This document shows, in pieces, positions 14,271 to 27,158 of a DNA stretch of 64,000 nt. Below the pieces are notes generated by a model. That model ran no database searches and had not been told where the DNA came from. It was given only the letters and a program-made list of their open reading frames with translations. Origin of the DNA: Octopus vulgaris (lineage: Eukaryota); NCBI GenBank assembly GCA_951406725.2, contig OX597820.1, forward strand, positions 11,284,001 to 11,348,000, given 5' to 3'. Numbering within the stretch: position 1 is the stretch's first letter; every line of letters begins with the position of its first letter. Position numbers and translations under genes: made by a program.

Positions 14271-15028
14271 CAATCATCACCGTTCTAAACTACGTCAAAA
14301 CTACGTCAAAAACTGATCGGCATTGACTGTGTATTTTGTAGTCTTTGCCTTACCAATACTATTACACCGTCTCTAAATATCGATATTTCTATCATCATAG
14401 TTACATACTACTGCTCTCTTCTACAAAGCCCCTCTCCCCTGCGTCGTTCCTAGCAGCTGTCGGCTTAGAGAAACAAATAAACACGCACCGACCAATTAAC
14501 TAATAAAGACTAACGTAAATAGCTGTTTGTGGCTGACGCAATCTTTCAACCAACGATTCTATTACCATCCCCTTTCCCCCAGCTTCAGGACAATACCGAA
14601 ACATATGCGCACAATAACGTATCAATTTGCCCCGGTCTCTCTTAGTTTTTCTCTGTCTCTCTCTCTTCTTTTCTCCCTCTATCACTTTCTGTCTCTCTCT
14701 CTCTCATACACACACGCGCGCGCATGCACACGCATATACAAAAGCCATTATACGAAATACGTCTTGCACAAAAAATATCAAAAAACCGCGCTAATTTGCA
14801 CAGTGTTACAATGAAATGCATACTTATGTCTGCTAAGCATAAAAATTCGAAGCTTGTTTGATGCGTTCAGATATCTCCGCTCTCATATTTATTCGATTTC
14901 TCCCTTCCACAAAATACGTCGCACAAAATTTACGAAATTTTGTTATACGCTGCGCAATATTTTTTTTTGTATGTGTGATAATCACGCAAAAATACTTTAT
15001 GTATACATACACACACATATATATATAT

Positions 15029-15075
<47 letters not shown>

Positions 15076-15100
15076 TATATATACATAGATATGTATATAT

Positions 15101-15139
<39 letters not shown>

Positions 15140-15291
15140 TATATGTACATAGATATGTATATATACATATATATATACACACATATATACATATATGTAA
15201 ATACATATATATACATATATGTATATACTTATATATATATATACATAAATGTATATACATACATATACATATATATATGTATCTATTACAC

Positions 15292-15436
15292 TCACGGAGT
15301 GGTTGGCGTTTGGAAGGGCATCCAGCTGTAGAAACTCTGCCAGATCAGATTGGAGTCTTGTTCGCCAGACCTCAGTCAAATCGACCAACCCATGCTAGCA
15401 TGGAAAGCGGACGTTAAACGACGATGATGATGATGT
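15292..15436 (+). mobile_element. SINE 3' part with (GAT)n tail
   Basis: ggttggcgtttggaagggcatccagctgtagaaac block; ends ggacgttaaacgacgatgatgatg. Confidence 0.65.
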
Positions 15437-15496
15437 ATGTATGTACATATATGTATGTATATATTCATATATATATATTATTTATATTATTATATG

Positions 15497-16062
15497 ATTG
15501 AACGCCACGCATCCATTTCCAAGTAAGATTATCTTAATAATTTTGATGCGACTCTACCCTGTACTGTTTTCTCTCTTCATTTCTCTAATTCTTTTTTGCT
15601 CGCACGTGAATTCGTCCATGTTTCTTTTCCTCGCATGATCATCTTTCTTTTCTTCCAGTCTGTCTTAGAGACCAGCCGCATTCTTATCTGTCTCCTCTTC
15701 TATCTTTTCTCTTGTCAAAAACAATATTCCTCCAGTGTTCGTTACCTTACCTCGTCTAGCCTGACAGCCCTCCATGTTTCTTTTCGTTCGGTTTGTTGTA
15801 TGTCTCCACTGTCCTGTTTTTGTTACCAACTTTTACCCTCCGCAAATCCCAAATTTTATTTTGATTCGCGGAAGCAACTGCCTTTCGAAACCTCATATTG
15901 TCGTTAATTGCTCGAAATGTGGAGTAGATGGACAGCCGACAACTGATGAAGGGTTGTTCTTTATGTTGTTTGTCTTGTTTTCCATTTGTTTCTCTCGTTG
16001 TTGACATACTCATGGTTGTCTTCGTATTTCATGTTGTTTACGTTTTGTGACGTCCTGTACCC

Positions 16063-16066
<4 letters not shown>
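15497..16066. repeat. TA-embedded interspersed repeat, related to 48470-48965
   Basis: Shared blocks gaacgccacgcatcc..tttccaagtaag, gttaccaa..tt.accctccgcaa, ggagtaga and gtcctg.acccata. Confidence 0.65.
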
Positions 16067-16104
<38 letters not shown>

Positions 16105-16174
16105 CCATATATCTATGTACATATGCATATTATTCTATATACATATATGCATATGTATACATATGTATATAGAT

Positions 16175-16217
<43 letters not shown>

Positions 16218-16472
16218 CCTCTCTCTATATATATACATGTATGTATGTATGTATGTATGTATATATATATATATATATATTTATGTAAGTATGCGTATAT
16301 ATATATATATATATATATATATAGGCATGAGAGTTATTGGTATCCAGAAGACCCAAGGTAGCAAGTAAGGTCCCGTAAAAGACTAACTTTCTCTTTGTAA
16401 ATGTCCAGAAAATTCCACACAGACTTGGGTTTGTTGTCTCATTTTATTTAACACGCAAACACACACACACGC

Positions 16473-16539
<67 letters not shown>

Positions 16540-17083
16540 GGAGGATTGTGTTTAAAAATTGTGGTTGCCAGGAGACTAAAGGGATCCCACCCGCAACTAC
16601 AATGCTATCATGTATTTTTTTTTGTTGTTGTTGTTAAAAGTATTCTTTTCAACTGTCTACAAACACAGCCAGGCTGAAATAATTAATGCATTCTTCCAGG
16701 AGTGAATAAAAAAATCTCAGACTTGAGGGGATGAGCCCCTTAGATATCAACATGGACCCCCATATATGGATTCTAATGGCGCAGGGGCTCACCTGCCATC
16801 GGGCAAGCTTGTAACCTAGCCATTATGTATATACACTCACACACACACACATACACACACTCACACACACACACATGTATGTATGTATACAAATTAAGAG
16901 GAATGACCTCCAAAATGGATTCCTAATATGCTAAAGATAGACATCAAATCGCCTTACCTCGATATATATGAAATAAGCAACAGGATATCAAGAAGTGATG
17001 CAGTACGACCGTTTCAAGCGACTCCATTTAATTGAACAATGCAATCATTACATCACTTTAAAAGTAGGACTATCATCTAGCTG

Positions 17084-17222
<139 letters not shown>

Positions 17223-17298
17223 TAAATATAAAATATAAATTACAAAGTGGGACAAGAACGCAAAAACACACAGAGACGACACAAAAAAAATATTTTTT

Positions 17299-17331
<33 letters not shown>

Positions 17332-17789
17332 ACTCCTTCATTTGATTAATGCAAAATGCTATATTATACATATTTAATTTATCCATTCATGAAAGCCTAT
17401 GTGAAAATTATATATGTATATCTCATAATTCGATATTGGTACAGTCGGCAACTATAACTGATGTGTTTAGTACTCATAACTCAGTAACAAAGGAGGTCTG
17501 ATAACGTAAGTAATCAATGAGCACCAGTTGTCGCAGGACTAAGTAGATGACCTGTTTGTTTAGAGCACAACACTTTATCAACATAAAGTTATTGAGGACG
17601 GGGAAGTGTTAACTATATATCGATTTATATTTGTTTGGTACTCTATGACCGAATTGTGTTGTTTGCGTTCGCGTCTATATCAGCTCTGTTTCATTTTGGG
17701 CTCTGGATATAGCTAAGGTGCGTGAGCTTGTGGTTAACGCAGCAGCTCCCGGGCCACATGCGGCCCTCGATCTTTATAAATATAATAAA

Positions 17790-18190
17790 CTAGCAGTATC
17801 GCCCGGCGTTGCTAGGGTTTGTAAGGGAAATAACTATATAAGTATTTTTAGAGAGTTATAGCCAAAAAATAGCAAAAAAATGCATTAAAAATGGAAAAAA
17901 AAATTATGGTAATTTTTTTTTTAAATCGTTGACTCATCGTAGACATTTTTAGAGAGTTATTTCCCTTATATAATAACAAAAAAATGCATTAAAATGGAAA
18001 AAAATGATGGTAAATTTTTTTTTAAATCGTAGACTCATCGTAGACTCATCGTAGACCCAGAAGGGCTCGATATGAATCACGGCTATAAGATACCCAGTTT
18101 TGGTTAAACTGCACCGCAAAATGTGGGAGTAGTTAGGAATCTAAATCGTAGGAGACAGACAGCACACAACCTCTCTTTTATATATAAAGA
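17790..18190 (-). mobile_element. Non-autonomous Helitron
   Basis: - strand starts TC(tttatatataaaa) at 18190, ends gcaacgccgggcgatactgCTAG at 17790, inserted between A and T with no TSD; internal ~100-bp tandem duplication. Confidence 0.85.
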
Positions 18191-18271
18191 TATCTCCTTA
18201 ACTAGCTTGTGCTCTGCTTTTTCTTGGTGCAGCCTCCTAAAAGAATCCATGCTTTGGATCTGGCCCGGATA

Positions 18272-18438
18272 CAATAGCGTAGCTAGAGTGTGTACCGTCC
18301 GGGACGGCCCTTCCGTTTGCCGTCCCCGGATCCCACAAAAACATATATTACCTACAGTAGACGCAAAAGTGCTGCCCCTTAAAAAGTGTCACCCGGGGTG
18401 GACTGCCCCTGTCACCCACCCCGCTAGCTACGCTTGTA
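18272..18438. mobile_element. hAT-type MITE
   Basis: 8-bp TSD cccggata (18264-18271, 18439-18446); inverted ends agcgtagctag / ctagctacgct. Confidence 0.8.
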
Positions 18439-18459
18439 CCCGGATATTAAAAAAGGTTG

Positions 18460-18700
18460 AGAATGACTGGGTGAGGATCATGCACTCAGTATCATAAGAT
18501 TATGGTTTCGATTCCCGGGTCGGGCGATGCTTTGGTTCAAGAGTAAAATGCTTCAATTTCACTTTGCTTCGGTCCATTCAACCGTAAATGAGCAGATTCG
18601 TGACGGACTGGCGTCCAAGACAGGTGAGTCGTTGTCATCTCGGGTACATATATGCTATGGAAACCGGGTAGCTGACCCTATGAGACCCAGGATTCGAGAC
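18460..18700 (+). mobile_element. Diverged tRNA-derived SINE (family C-like)
   Basis: ggtttcgattccc B box; similarity to 7365-7620. Confidence 0.6.
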
Positions 18701-19141
18701 AGTAATGTCCAGGTGTCACAAGTATAAGAACAAATCAATGTCCCCGAAACCAATTTTCTACTCCGAATTCATTTTAACTGTAAATATTTAGGCAAACTTT
18801 TGACTCAAGCCAAACCGGAAGTAGAGAGTATATGTTATTGATAAGTTCACAAAGAAAGTACTTTGACAAATCTAGCTGATTGTTTGATTGATCAATTTAT
18901 TAATTGACTGATCGACCGATCGATTAATCAAACAATTAATGTGTTAATTGGTTAATACTTAATCACTTGGCGTATATTAAGTAAAGAAGTGAAACAGAAC
19001 CAGTGCGTGAGTTTATTGGTGTAGTGACCCACCTTAGAGACAACAAAATATGTTTCAACTTCTAACACACGAATCGACATCGAGAAATTCCCGAACAAAA
19101 TACAAAAACGAAATAGAAAAATGTAGAAAAGATATTTTTCA

Positions 19142-19376
19142 GCTTTTACTTGTTTCACTCATTAAACTGCGGCCACGCTGGAGCACCACCTTTAATCGAC
19201 CAAATCAACCCCAGGACTTATTCTTTTAAAGCTTACTGCTTATTCTATCGGTATCTTTTGCTGAATCGTTAAGTTACAGGGACGTAAACACACCAGCATC
19301 GGTTGTCAATCGATGGGGGGTGGACAAACACAGACACAGACATATACACACACACAAACACACACACACACACACA

Positions 19377-19425
<49 letters not shown>

Positions 19426-19577
19426 GACAGGCTTCTTTCAGTTTCCGTCTACCATATCCACTCACAAGGATTTGGTCAGCCTGAGGCTATAGTAGAAGAC
19501 ACTTGCCCAAGGTGCTACGCAGTGGGACTGAACCCGGAACCATATGGTTGGCAAGCAAGCTACTTACCACACAACCA
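19142..19577 (-). mobile_element. SINE family A
   Basis: Reverse complement of 10217-10640 with internal CA/TA tract. Confidence 0.9.
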
Positions 19578-19590
19578 CATATATATACAG

Positions 19591-19640
<50 letters not shown>

Positions 19641-20259
19641 ACTTACAAGACCCTTATCAGCCAGAGGTATTATATAAGCCCAGAAACCTCTTGTTGAAGC
19701 CACCCTGTCGCGGGACTGAATCCGAGACCACGTGTCTGAGGAGCGAGTTTCTTAACCACATCGCCGCCATACTAATTATTTTTTAGTCGCAACATTATTG
19801 TTTAGATTTTGTTTTGCTTTTTTTTTTTTGATGCGAATACATTCGATACATAAGCATTAAGTACTTATAAATTATTTTCCTTTAACTGGAAAGTTCGAAC
19901 CGTTCATTGCGTTGGTGTTGTTCTAGTTGTTCAGTTTTGTGTCTGTGTGTCCGTTTTGTGGTTTGCGAGTTTATAGGCAACACAGACATGCATGTGTGGC
20001 GGGGGAGTGACTGACTGTCTCGCACACTTCCCTCCCCACTCTCTCTCTCTTTCTCTCACTCTCTCTTTCTCTCACTCTCTCTTTCTCTCTCTCTCTCCCC
20101 GTATCTCTTTCTTTCTCTCCCGCGCTTTCTTTCCCTCCGCGCTCTTTTTTTCTCTCGTTCTCGCTCGTTTTCTGTGAGTGCGTGTGTGCGCGTGCGCGTA
20201 CTCGTGTGTGCGTGTGTGCCTGTGTCTGTGTCTGTGTCTGTGTGTATGTGCGTGTGTGT

Positions 20260-20317
<58 letters not shown>

Positions 20318-21035
20318 TTATGTGTGCATGACGTTAAGTCTGTTTAAAACTGTTTGCCTGGGTAGAAATATGACTACGGTTTGAGTGCGTGCGGGTGGGC
20401 GTCAGTGTGTGTGTATGTGTGTGTGTGTTTGTATGTGTGTGTGTGTTTGTATGTGTGTGTTTGCGTCTGTGCATATGCACACTTGCACGTGTGTGCATAT
20501 ACAAATGAACAAGTAATGCAACTGTATGTACGTCTTTATATATCTGGTATATATATATATATCACTGTGCATTCTATGTAGTATACATGCCAGTCGCGCG
20601 TACGCTGTCTACTCGCGTATGTATTGTTATATGTGTATATGTGTAAACGGTCCATATATCTGAATGAATTGCTGTAGTTGTTTTGGTTATTGTTTTTTCT
20701 TATTATTGTTAGAGGTAGCGGACACATTGTTATTGTTCAATCACATGTCTGCCCTGATTAAAGAGATTCATGTTCAAAGATATTCCATATTATCGGCACC
20801 CTCCCTACAGATATTCTATTTCTTCTGCCTATGTCTTGTTATCTACTACGCGATTTAAATGGTCCGAGACTATATTAACGCGTGAATTATACAGTAGAAT
20901 TTACATTGTGAAATGTCTTAACTGAGAAAGATGTGTAAAAAGATTAATTCATTCTTATCGATTGCATAATGATCTGAAACGTACGTATTAAATACATCCA
21001 AAACAACATTAGCTGGTTTGACTTTATTACACACA

Positions 21036-21096
<61 letters not shown>

Positions 21097-21100
<4 letters not shown>

Positions 21101-21222
21101 GATTTAAAATCGAGCTACTAAAGTTTCATTCTCACCAATGTACTGGGCACGCTGTCGCCCCACTCTGTCGTACGATCGTAAGCATGAAACTTATAGTAAC
21201 CCAAATATTAAACCTTGTGTGT
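21097..21222. mobile_element. Small MITE-like inverted repeat
   Basis: acaagatttaaaat..ctactaaagtttcat / atgaaacttatagtaac..tattaaaccttgt imperfect arms. Confidence 0.5.
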
Positions 21223-21294
21223 ATGAAAGGATATCTCTGGCTGGCTGGAGAGCCTTTTTGTTGATTGTACTAATTAACAGAACATTACACAATG

Positions 21295-21673
21295 CAGGTA
21301 TGGATGTGTGGTAAGTAGCTTGCTTCCTTTCGACATAGTTCCGGGTTCAGTCCCACTGCGTGGCACCTTGGGCATATGTCTTCTACTCTAACTTCGGGCC
21401 GACCAAAGCCTTATGAGTGGATATGGTAGACGGAAACTGAAAGAAGCCTGTCAAATATATATGCATGTCTATGTGTGAGTGTCTTTATGTCTGTGTTCCT
21501 TTCCCCCACCCCATCACGGCTTAACAACCGGTGTTGGTATGTTTACGTCCCCGTAACTTAGTGGTTCAGCAAAAGTGATTTGATAGAATAAGTACTAGGT
21601 TTAAAACGAAAAAGAAAATAAACCAAAGCCTTGTGAGTACCTTTGGTAGACGGAAACTGAAGGAAGTCCGTCT

Positions 21674-21726
<53 letters not shown>

Positions 21727-21739
21727 ATAATATATATAC

Positions 21740-21812
<73 letters not shown>

Positions 21813-22080
21813 TGTATGTATGTATGTATGAATGTATGTACGTATGTATTTGTGTGTCTGTGTTTGTCTCTACCCCATCACCACCTCCACCACCATCGCT
21901 TAATAGTCGATGTTGGTGTATTTACGTCCCTCGTAACTCAGTAGTTCGGCAAGAACGGGCCGATAGAATAAGTACTAGACTTTTAAAAAATAAGTCCTGA
22001 GGGTCGATTTATTCGACTAAAGGTGGTGCTCCAGCATTGCCGCTATCAAATGACTGAAACAAGTGAAAGAATAAAAGGAG
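21295..22080 (+). mobile_element. Two tandem SINE family A copies
   Basis: Copy 21295-21605 then a 5'-truncated copy from aaccaaagccttgtgagt (21621) to the tail at 22080. Confidence 0.85.
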
Positions 22081-22139
22081 TAACAAGTGCTGGTGTCGAT
22101 TTTTTCGAGCAAACGCTTCATGAAGGTTTCCCAGCATAG

Positions 22140-22355
22140 GAAGTACACGTGTACTCTTAAAGTAGTTCTCGAGGAGATTCAGCTTGAAAAGGCAGACCCT
22201 TTTGAAAAACAGGTACTACTCATTTTTGCCAGCTGAGTAAACTGGAGCAACGTGAAAAAAGATGTCTTGCTCAAGGACACAACGCGTTGCCGGGAATTGA
22301 ACTCAAGACCTCACGATCGTGAGCCGAATGCCCTAACCACTTAGCCACGCATTTT
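22140..22355 (-). mobile_element. SINE family C
   Basis: Matches 1060-1590 pieces; tRNA head gcgtggctaagtggttagggc on - strand. Confidence 0.8.
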
Positions 22356-22474
22356 CACACATTTCCCAGCATAGAAGCAGACCAAAGGCTGGAACAAGTC
22401 AATGATAATTCAGAACTTACTTTTATACACAAAGAAAAATCTACCCAACTATTTGCAATGAATATTTGCCAAGA

Positions 22475-23630
22475 AGGCGGTGAGCTGGCAGAAACGTTAG
22501 CACACCGGGCGAAATGCTTAGCGGTATTTCGTCTGCCGTTACGTTCTGAGTTCAAATTCCGCCGAGGTCGACTTTGCCTTTCATCTTTTCGGGGTCGATA
22601 AATTAAGGACCAGTTACGCACTGAGGTCGATATAATCGACTTAATCCGTTTGTCTGTCCTTGGTTGTCCCCTCTGTGTTTAGCCCCATGTGGGTAATAAA
22701 GAAACAGGCATTTCGTCTGCCGTTATGTTCTGAGTTCAAATTCCGCCGAGGTCGACTTTGCCTTTCATCCCTTTGGGGTCGATTAAATAAGTACCAGTTA
22801 CGCACTGGGGTCGATATAATTGACTTAATCCGTTTGCCTGTCCTTGTTTGTCCTCTCTGCGTTTAGCCCCTTGTGGGTAATAAAGAAACAGGTATTTCGT
22901 CTGCCGTTATGTTCTGAGTTCAAATTCCGCCGATGTCGACTTTGCCTTTCATCCTTTCGGGATCGATAAATTAAGTACCAGTTACGCAGTGGGGTCGATG
23001 TAATTGACTTAATCCGTTTGTTTGTCTGTCCTTGTTTGTCCTCTCTGTGTTTAGCCCCTTGTGGGCAGTAAAGAAATAGGTATTTCGTCTACCGTTACGT
23101 TCTGAGTGCAAATCCCGCCGAAGTCGACTTTGTATTTCATCCTTTCAGAGTCGATAAATTAAGTACTAGCTGCGTACTGGGTGTCGATATAATCGACTTA
23201 ATCCGTTTGTCAGTCTTTGTTTGTCATCTCTGTGTTTAGCCCCGTGTGGGTAGTAAAGAAATAGGTATTTCGTCTGCCGGTACGTTCTGAGTCCAAATTC
23301 TGCCGAGGTCCAGTTTGCCTTTCATCCTTTCGGGGTCGATAAATTAAGTACCAGTTACGCACTGGGGTCGATGTAATCGACTTAATACCTATGTCTGTCC
23401 TTGTTTGTCGCTCTGTGTTTAGCCCCTTGTGGGTAATAAAGAAACAGGCATTTCGTCTGCCGTTATGTTCTGAGTTCAAATTCCGCCGAGGTCGACTTTG
23501 CCTTTCGTCCTTTCCGGGTCAATCGAATAAGTACCAGTTACGCACTGGGATCTATATAATCGACTTAATCCGTTTGTCTGTCCTTGTTTGTCCCTTCTAT
23601 GTTTAGCTTCCTGTGTGCAACAAAAAAATG
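22475..23630 (+). mobile_element. SINE family B hexamer (one head + six 184-bp units)
   Basis: Unit starts at 22523, 22707, 22891, ~23079, ~23263, ~23447; degenerate TSD aatgaatatttgccaaga / aataaatatctgctaaaa. Confidence 0.92.
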
Positions 23631-24043
23631 AATAAATATCTGCTAAAACCTACCTGTCTGTGATATTTTATTTCTTTTTGTTTTGTTTTGTTTTTTTGGT
23701 TGGGGGCGGATGTTAGACTATTTATTGCTTCCTAATTTTCCCATGTCTCCCACTCACTGAACTCCATGCCCTTCCGCTATTCTATATAGATATAAAATAG
23801 ATACACATTTGCATATCCATAAACGTAAGAACGAATTGAAAATCACTTCCCAACTTCCCAGGTACGGGTTTCACTTCAAACGTTTGAAAGGTAAACCTAT
23901 GTCGCACTCATCTCATTAACTGAATTCTTCTTACACATACACCCACACAACACCCACACGCACACACACACACACATACACACATATATACACACTCATA
24001 TGTATGCATATATATACATATATATATACACACACAGACACAC

Positions 24044-24074
<31 letters not shown>

Positions 24075-24087
24075 TACATATATATAT

Positions 24088-24145
<58 letters not shown>

Positions 24146-24183
24146 GTATGTGTGTGCGTGAGTGTGCGTTTGTGTATGTGTGC

Positions 24184-24254
<71 letters not shown>

Positions 24255-24973
24255 TGTTTATTGACGTATTGACTATACCGAGAAACAACAAAATATGTTT
24301 CAACACAGGAATTCACTGCAAGAATTTTGTAAATCAAATACAAAAACAGAAGCATTTAATTTTTCTCGAAATTTCCTTCGACTTTTCTTGATAGATTCTG
24401 CATGATTTTCAAACACCTTTCATTCTCTGACCTGCTGATGAAGGCTGGGTATTCATGTTTTATTTTATATACTCATTTCCTCCAGAATCTTGAATTCATA
24501 TTCTGTGAAAAACTCATAAAAAATATATCTTGATTTATTTGCTTTTCAATACTTTTATTGCACCATTTGCAGAAGGATATTTTGAAGCAGCACAGATCAC
24601 TACACAAGACTGGTCATGGGTTATAAAGAGCATTCCGAAAAATCTCATGGCGGTTGTGCCTTGGCAAATTGTAATCAGAAAACTGTCCGTAAAATAAAAT
24701 AAGTTAGATTGCAGTGATGCTGTGAGAAAGAAGGGAGATACTCCTTTGAAAAGGACTAGTCTTCTATTCAGAATGTTTTTCTTGCTCACGTTAAATTTTG
24801 TAAACTTTTGACATAGCTGTTGATCTGTAGTGAAATCTCATAGAGCAAAACGTACTCCTGACAAATTTTCATCGTTAAAAGAAGTAAGATATATTCGTGT
24901 TGTTCATCAAGTTGGCAGGTGATACAGAAGTAAATCTGATATAAGATCCCAAAATACTGATATTATTACCTGC

Positions 24974-25025
<52 letters not shown>

Positions 25026-25026
<1 letters not shown>

Positions 25027-25146
25027 TGAAAGATGTAATAGGCTAAACAATGCAAATAGATTTTAAGATGAGGTAACGTAGGCCTGAAAGTTATATCACC
25101 TCATCTTAAAATCTATTTGTATTGTTTAGCCTTTTACATCTTTCAA
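25026..25146. repeat. Inverted repeat (~49-bp arms) within (TA)n
   Basis: ttgaaagatgtaataggctaaacaatgcaaatagattttaagatgaggt and its near-perfect reverse complement at 25098-25146. Confidence 0.9.
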
Positions 25147-25217
25147 CATTATATTCCACATACGATGCTTCAAGCAAACTATAAACTTATACACATACAC
25201 ACACACATACATATATG

Positions 25218-25291
<74 letters not shown>

Positions 25292-25293
<2 letters not shown>

Positions 25294-25485
25294 GGGAGAG
25301 TTTACGAAAAACAAAAGACGAAAACAGGTGGTGTACAAAACAAACAGATGTATTAGTATAACGCTCAGGGATAGAAAAAGTCCTTTACGTTTCGAGCCTA
25401 CGCTCTTCTACAGAAAGGGACACAGAAAAAACAAGGAAAGAAAAAATGTGTGTAGTGGCTAACGATCTATCATGGCGACTGCCAT
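25292..25485 (-). mobile_element. Family H1 element
   Basis: Flanked by TA tracts; - strand ctttctgtagaagagcgtaggctcgaaacgtaaagg. Confidence 0.8.
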
Positions 25486-26089
25486 ATATATATATGTATA
25501 TATATATATATGGCAAATGAAAGACTGAAGATGGAATATACGAGAATTTATTATTAATCAAAACAATTGTTTCGACACATCTAGCATCGATCCTTCATCG
25601 GTAGGACACTCAACAACTCGTTCAGCACCATCCGCCGGGTGCAGATGTATCTCATCGGATGATAAATAATTACAATTCGTTAAAATAACTGTTCCGGAAT
25701 GTAACTTACCGTTTTTGTAGAAAGAAAAGCAGCCAGACGGAGGGAATATCTTCATTTATATAGAAGATCAAAAATAAAATCACAGATGGCAAAAAGAGAA
25801 ACGAACGCGCAATCCAGCGAGAAATGTATTGAAAATAACCGTTTACAAATATGGATGTATAAACGCTCTCGAGCAAGCTGCATGGCGCGAGTACACTCGC
25901 TCATACAAGCATCCGCAAAAATGTGAGCATACGCACACATGATGTTTGGTGCACTCATGATCACAAAGCGAGTTAGCTATCAACTTGGTGTTTGCAAGAA
26001 TGGGAAGGTTGAAAGTAAACTTAAGTCATCCGTACCATAAAAGTAAATTAAATTATGTTAACTGTTACTTAAAACTCATTCTCTCTACA

Positions 26090-26560
26090 TTATGCGAAAG
26101 TACATTTATATGCGTGTAGGCATCTCGAGAGTCGTTCAGAAATTCTATTAATGATCTCGTTAATCCACAGAACAGACAAGGATTCCTCGGAGCAGAGACG
26201 GCATCTCCAGGAAATTATATTGTATGGTTTCGCGTACCTTACTATGAACCAAGTTATGCTGTGCTTCATTTTATCCTTCTTCAGTCGCCATATAAAATCG
26301 GCCAAAGATGTTGAATGTCTCTTATTGATTGTCTTAAAGCTGGCAACATGGTTACGATAACGATTCTTAAAGAATCAGACGTCTGCCCAATGTAAACATA
26401 CGGTCCTCCCCTTGTGTGCACGGTACATTTATATACAAGATTTGTACTCATACAGAGATTCATCAAAGGACATATTGTTTTTTCTCTGCATGAGCATTTA
26501 TCGTATTTATTTGTATATAACACAGTCCCGACTCCATTTACCGATGATGTTTCTGTGTTA
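26090..26560 (-). pseudogene. Penelope-like element GIY-YIG endonuclease relic
   Basis: CSCREKTICPLMNLCMSTNLVYKCTV...YVYIGQT then, after a frameshift, ADFIWRLK...ITWFIV..AKPY...RCRLCSEE...RCLH: PLE endonuclease C-terminal pattern. Confidence 0.8.
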
Positions 26561-27158
26561 GCTGTATCATAAGTATTTCTACTACTACAAATTGGTCGTA
26601 AATGGTGCTTATCATTACGTCGTAAGGAAGCAAGCTACTTACCACACATCCACACCTGCATTGTGCAATGTTCTGTTAATTAGTATAATCAACAAAAAAA
26701 TATTTGCCGCATATGTTTGCATATGTGTGTGTATATGTATGTGTATGTGTCTTTGGCTTGATTATCTCCCACCACCTGTTGGCAACAAGAGTTGGTCTGC
26801 TTAAATTCTCGTAACATTAGCGGTTCGACAAAAAAGACCGAAGGAAAAGTTACCAGACGTAAGAAAACAATTACTGAAACAAGTGAAAACAAAAAACAAA
26901 TATATATTTGCAAGTCCCAAATGTTTAGATTTCTCTGTACCTAAAAGTTGGTTTATTTCCTGAATGAACGAATAAAAACTGCTTTCGGTGCGAACGGCAG
27001 ATACAGTAACACACGTTGTTGCTATTTAAAGGATTTTCATTACGGAGGCACATTCCTTAACCCTCTTGTAAAATCAGCTGTTTACACGATTGGCTAAGTG
27101 ACACATTCCTGAACACGTTTATATAATGAGAATGTGTATTTTAAGAGTGTCTGCTATG

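Noticed and set aside
15948-15965. Hammerhead at actgatgaaggg
   Set aside because: No closing stem II or GAAA downstream; the related copy at 48735 lacks the core
22475-23630. CRISPR-like or tRNA gene array
   Set aside because: Units are homologous along their whole length with no unique spacers, and only a B box without a cloverleaf is present
24430-24460. Hammerhead at ctgctgatgaaggctgg
   Set aside because: Only the 5' half; no complementary stem II strand with GAAA nearby
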